This document shows, in pieces, positions 62,421-64,000 of a stretch of 64,000 bases of DNA (within the stretch, counting starts at the first letter, position 1; each line of letters begins with the position of its first letter). Origin of the DNA: Lama glama (lineage: Eukaryota); NCBI GenBank assembly GCA_028534125.1, contig JAPYYK010000093.1:1054001-1118000 (forward strand), written 5' to 3'. The translations under genes and the position numbers were made by a program. Below the pieces are notes generated by a model. The model saw only the letters and a program-made list of their open reading frames with translations, searched no databases and was not told the origin of the DNA.

Positions 62421-64000
62421 CCAGAGCATGGCTGGGGCCTGAGGTGATTTTCCTGGTGGGGAGGTGGCTCTAAGAGAAAGCTAGGATGGAGAGGAGAGAG
62501 TGGAGGGCAGGGGATGAGGGATGTAGGGGGTGCCTCAGGAGTGCCTCAGGGCAGAGCACTGGGGTCTTGATGTCTCTAGTCAGGAAAAAAGGCTGGAGAG
62601 AGAATGTCCCCAGCTGAATGGCCCAACAGAGAGGCCTTTCTTCAAAGCTGAGGGGAAACTACCTGGACCCCTAACCCCTCCCGGGACTTTGCAGCGGCAC
62701 CTCCCACCCTCTCACCCAGGATGTCTGCTTCCATTCCACTCCGCTGGGCCTCTGCTTTCCCATCTGTACATCAGGGTATGTGGACTGGGTTAGGGGAGTG
62801 GAGGACTTCTGAGCTTGCCTGAGCTCTGACCTTCTGGAACTCTGTGTTAGGCATATGCACAACTAAGTGGGCACATGTTTATGTGGGGGAGTGTGTGCAT
62901 GCCCAAAGGGGAGCACAAGTGCACAATGGAGGTCCAGAGGAATCTGGGCTTGTGCTTGTGTGGGTCCCAGCCCATGGGGTGGGGGAGCATGTTCGCACAT
63001 GGGAGGAGGCATCCCAAGGGTCTGTTGGGTCAGCTCAGTCCAGGATGAGAAGGGTGAGTGAGTGTGGGCATGAGTGACAAATCAGGTTAGGCCAGGACTG
63101 TACCTGGGTTCCAGGGTTGGGGTGGGGCAGGGATGGGGTCCAGGTGCAGGAAGAGGAAGTACAGGAGGCCCTTGGATCTCAAAATTTAACTTTCCACCCA
63201 CCATAGCCCATTCCCATCCCTGCACCCGCTCTGGCCCCACTGCTCAGGGCAGGCGCAAAGAAAACAATTTTGCTCCAGCTAAGGCCAGCAGGAGATGGAG
63301 ACTGTGATAAGGGAGCTTCAAGGTGAAGTCAGCCAGCACGGCCCCTGGCTGGCCTGGGGAGGGGGTGAATGGGGGAGGGGGTTAAAAGGACAGGACTCAA
63401 AGAGGCTCAGGGTGAGGGAGCCTGAGGAAGGAAGGATGAGGAGGAAGGCTGCCCTAGGGGCCAGTCTACAGGGACAGGAGGACAAGTTCAAGGACACCAG
63501 AGGTGGAGGGACTGGCTGAGGATGTAGACACTGAGAAGGGGGCTTTTAGTCTCAATCCCAGTGGGGCCCTCAAGGAGTCACCTACCCCAACACCTCCTGA
63601 GTCCTGGAGTTTTCATCCAGTGTGGTCATCTAGCATAGCTAGACATCTAACTAGCAGGGTTGGGGAGCCTGAGTGGCAGGAAGAAGCCTGGACCAAGCTT
63701 TGCCCTTGAGTGCCAATGGCAAGTCAAACATGGCCAGCCTCAGGGCTACTGGGCAGAAAGGTGGATAGGGGGGTCTTGGCAGCAGAGGCTGCTCCCCTCC
63801 CCACTTCAGGAAGACAGGCATCTTTCATCCCAGATGCCCGGTGTCAGGGGGACACCTTCACCAGAGGAAGTGCTCCCAGGCAGGGGCCCACTTGCTGATG
63901 GGGAGCAGGTGCTAGATGCAGGCCATGCTAGGGCCGGTCCAGCCAGCCTGCTGCAGTGCCCCATCCTGCCACCCTTTGAGTTCAAGCAGGACTGTGCAGT

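Noticed and set aside
60436-64000. CACNA2D2 first coding exon
   Set aside because: No MAVPAR...-like signal-peptide exon is visible; the ORFs here are GC-rich artefacts spanning an N gap

Overview
Eutherian mammalian genomic DNA (GC-rich, CpG-depleted outside islands, three N gaps), syntenic with the human 3p21.31 CISH-HEMK1-C3orf18-CACNA2D2 interval in reverse orientation. Two intact spliced genes lie head-to-head around a shared CpG island (~29.4-31.4 kb). HEMK1 is on the minus strand (10 coding exons, 28417->19944, 352 aa, mitochondrial release-factor Gln N5-methyltransferase). C3orf18 is on the plus strand (4 coding exons, 33142->38237, 162 aa, single-pass membrane protein). Compared with the human protein as I recall it, this HEMK1 has lost both its first ATG (now AGG) and its stop codon (now CAG, adding 19 residues). 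The gene-free flanks hold a tight STAT GAS-motif cluster (4.1-5.1 kb, on the side where CISH is expected), homeodomain-motif-rich enhancer-like blocks, two strong CTCF motifs and an orphan CpG island (~60.6-61.3 kb). All recognisable repeats are old (MIR, L2, L1M, MLT1, ERVL LTRs, hAT MITEs), and I found no young lineage-specific SINE. Nearly all ORF-track entries are spurious. I see no evidence for a wholly new multi-gene system; gene and repeat names rest on recalled sequences, not on searches.
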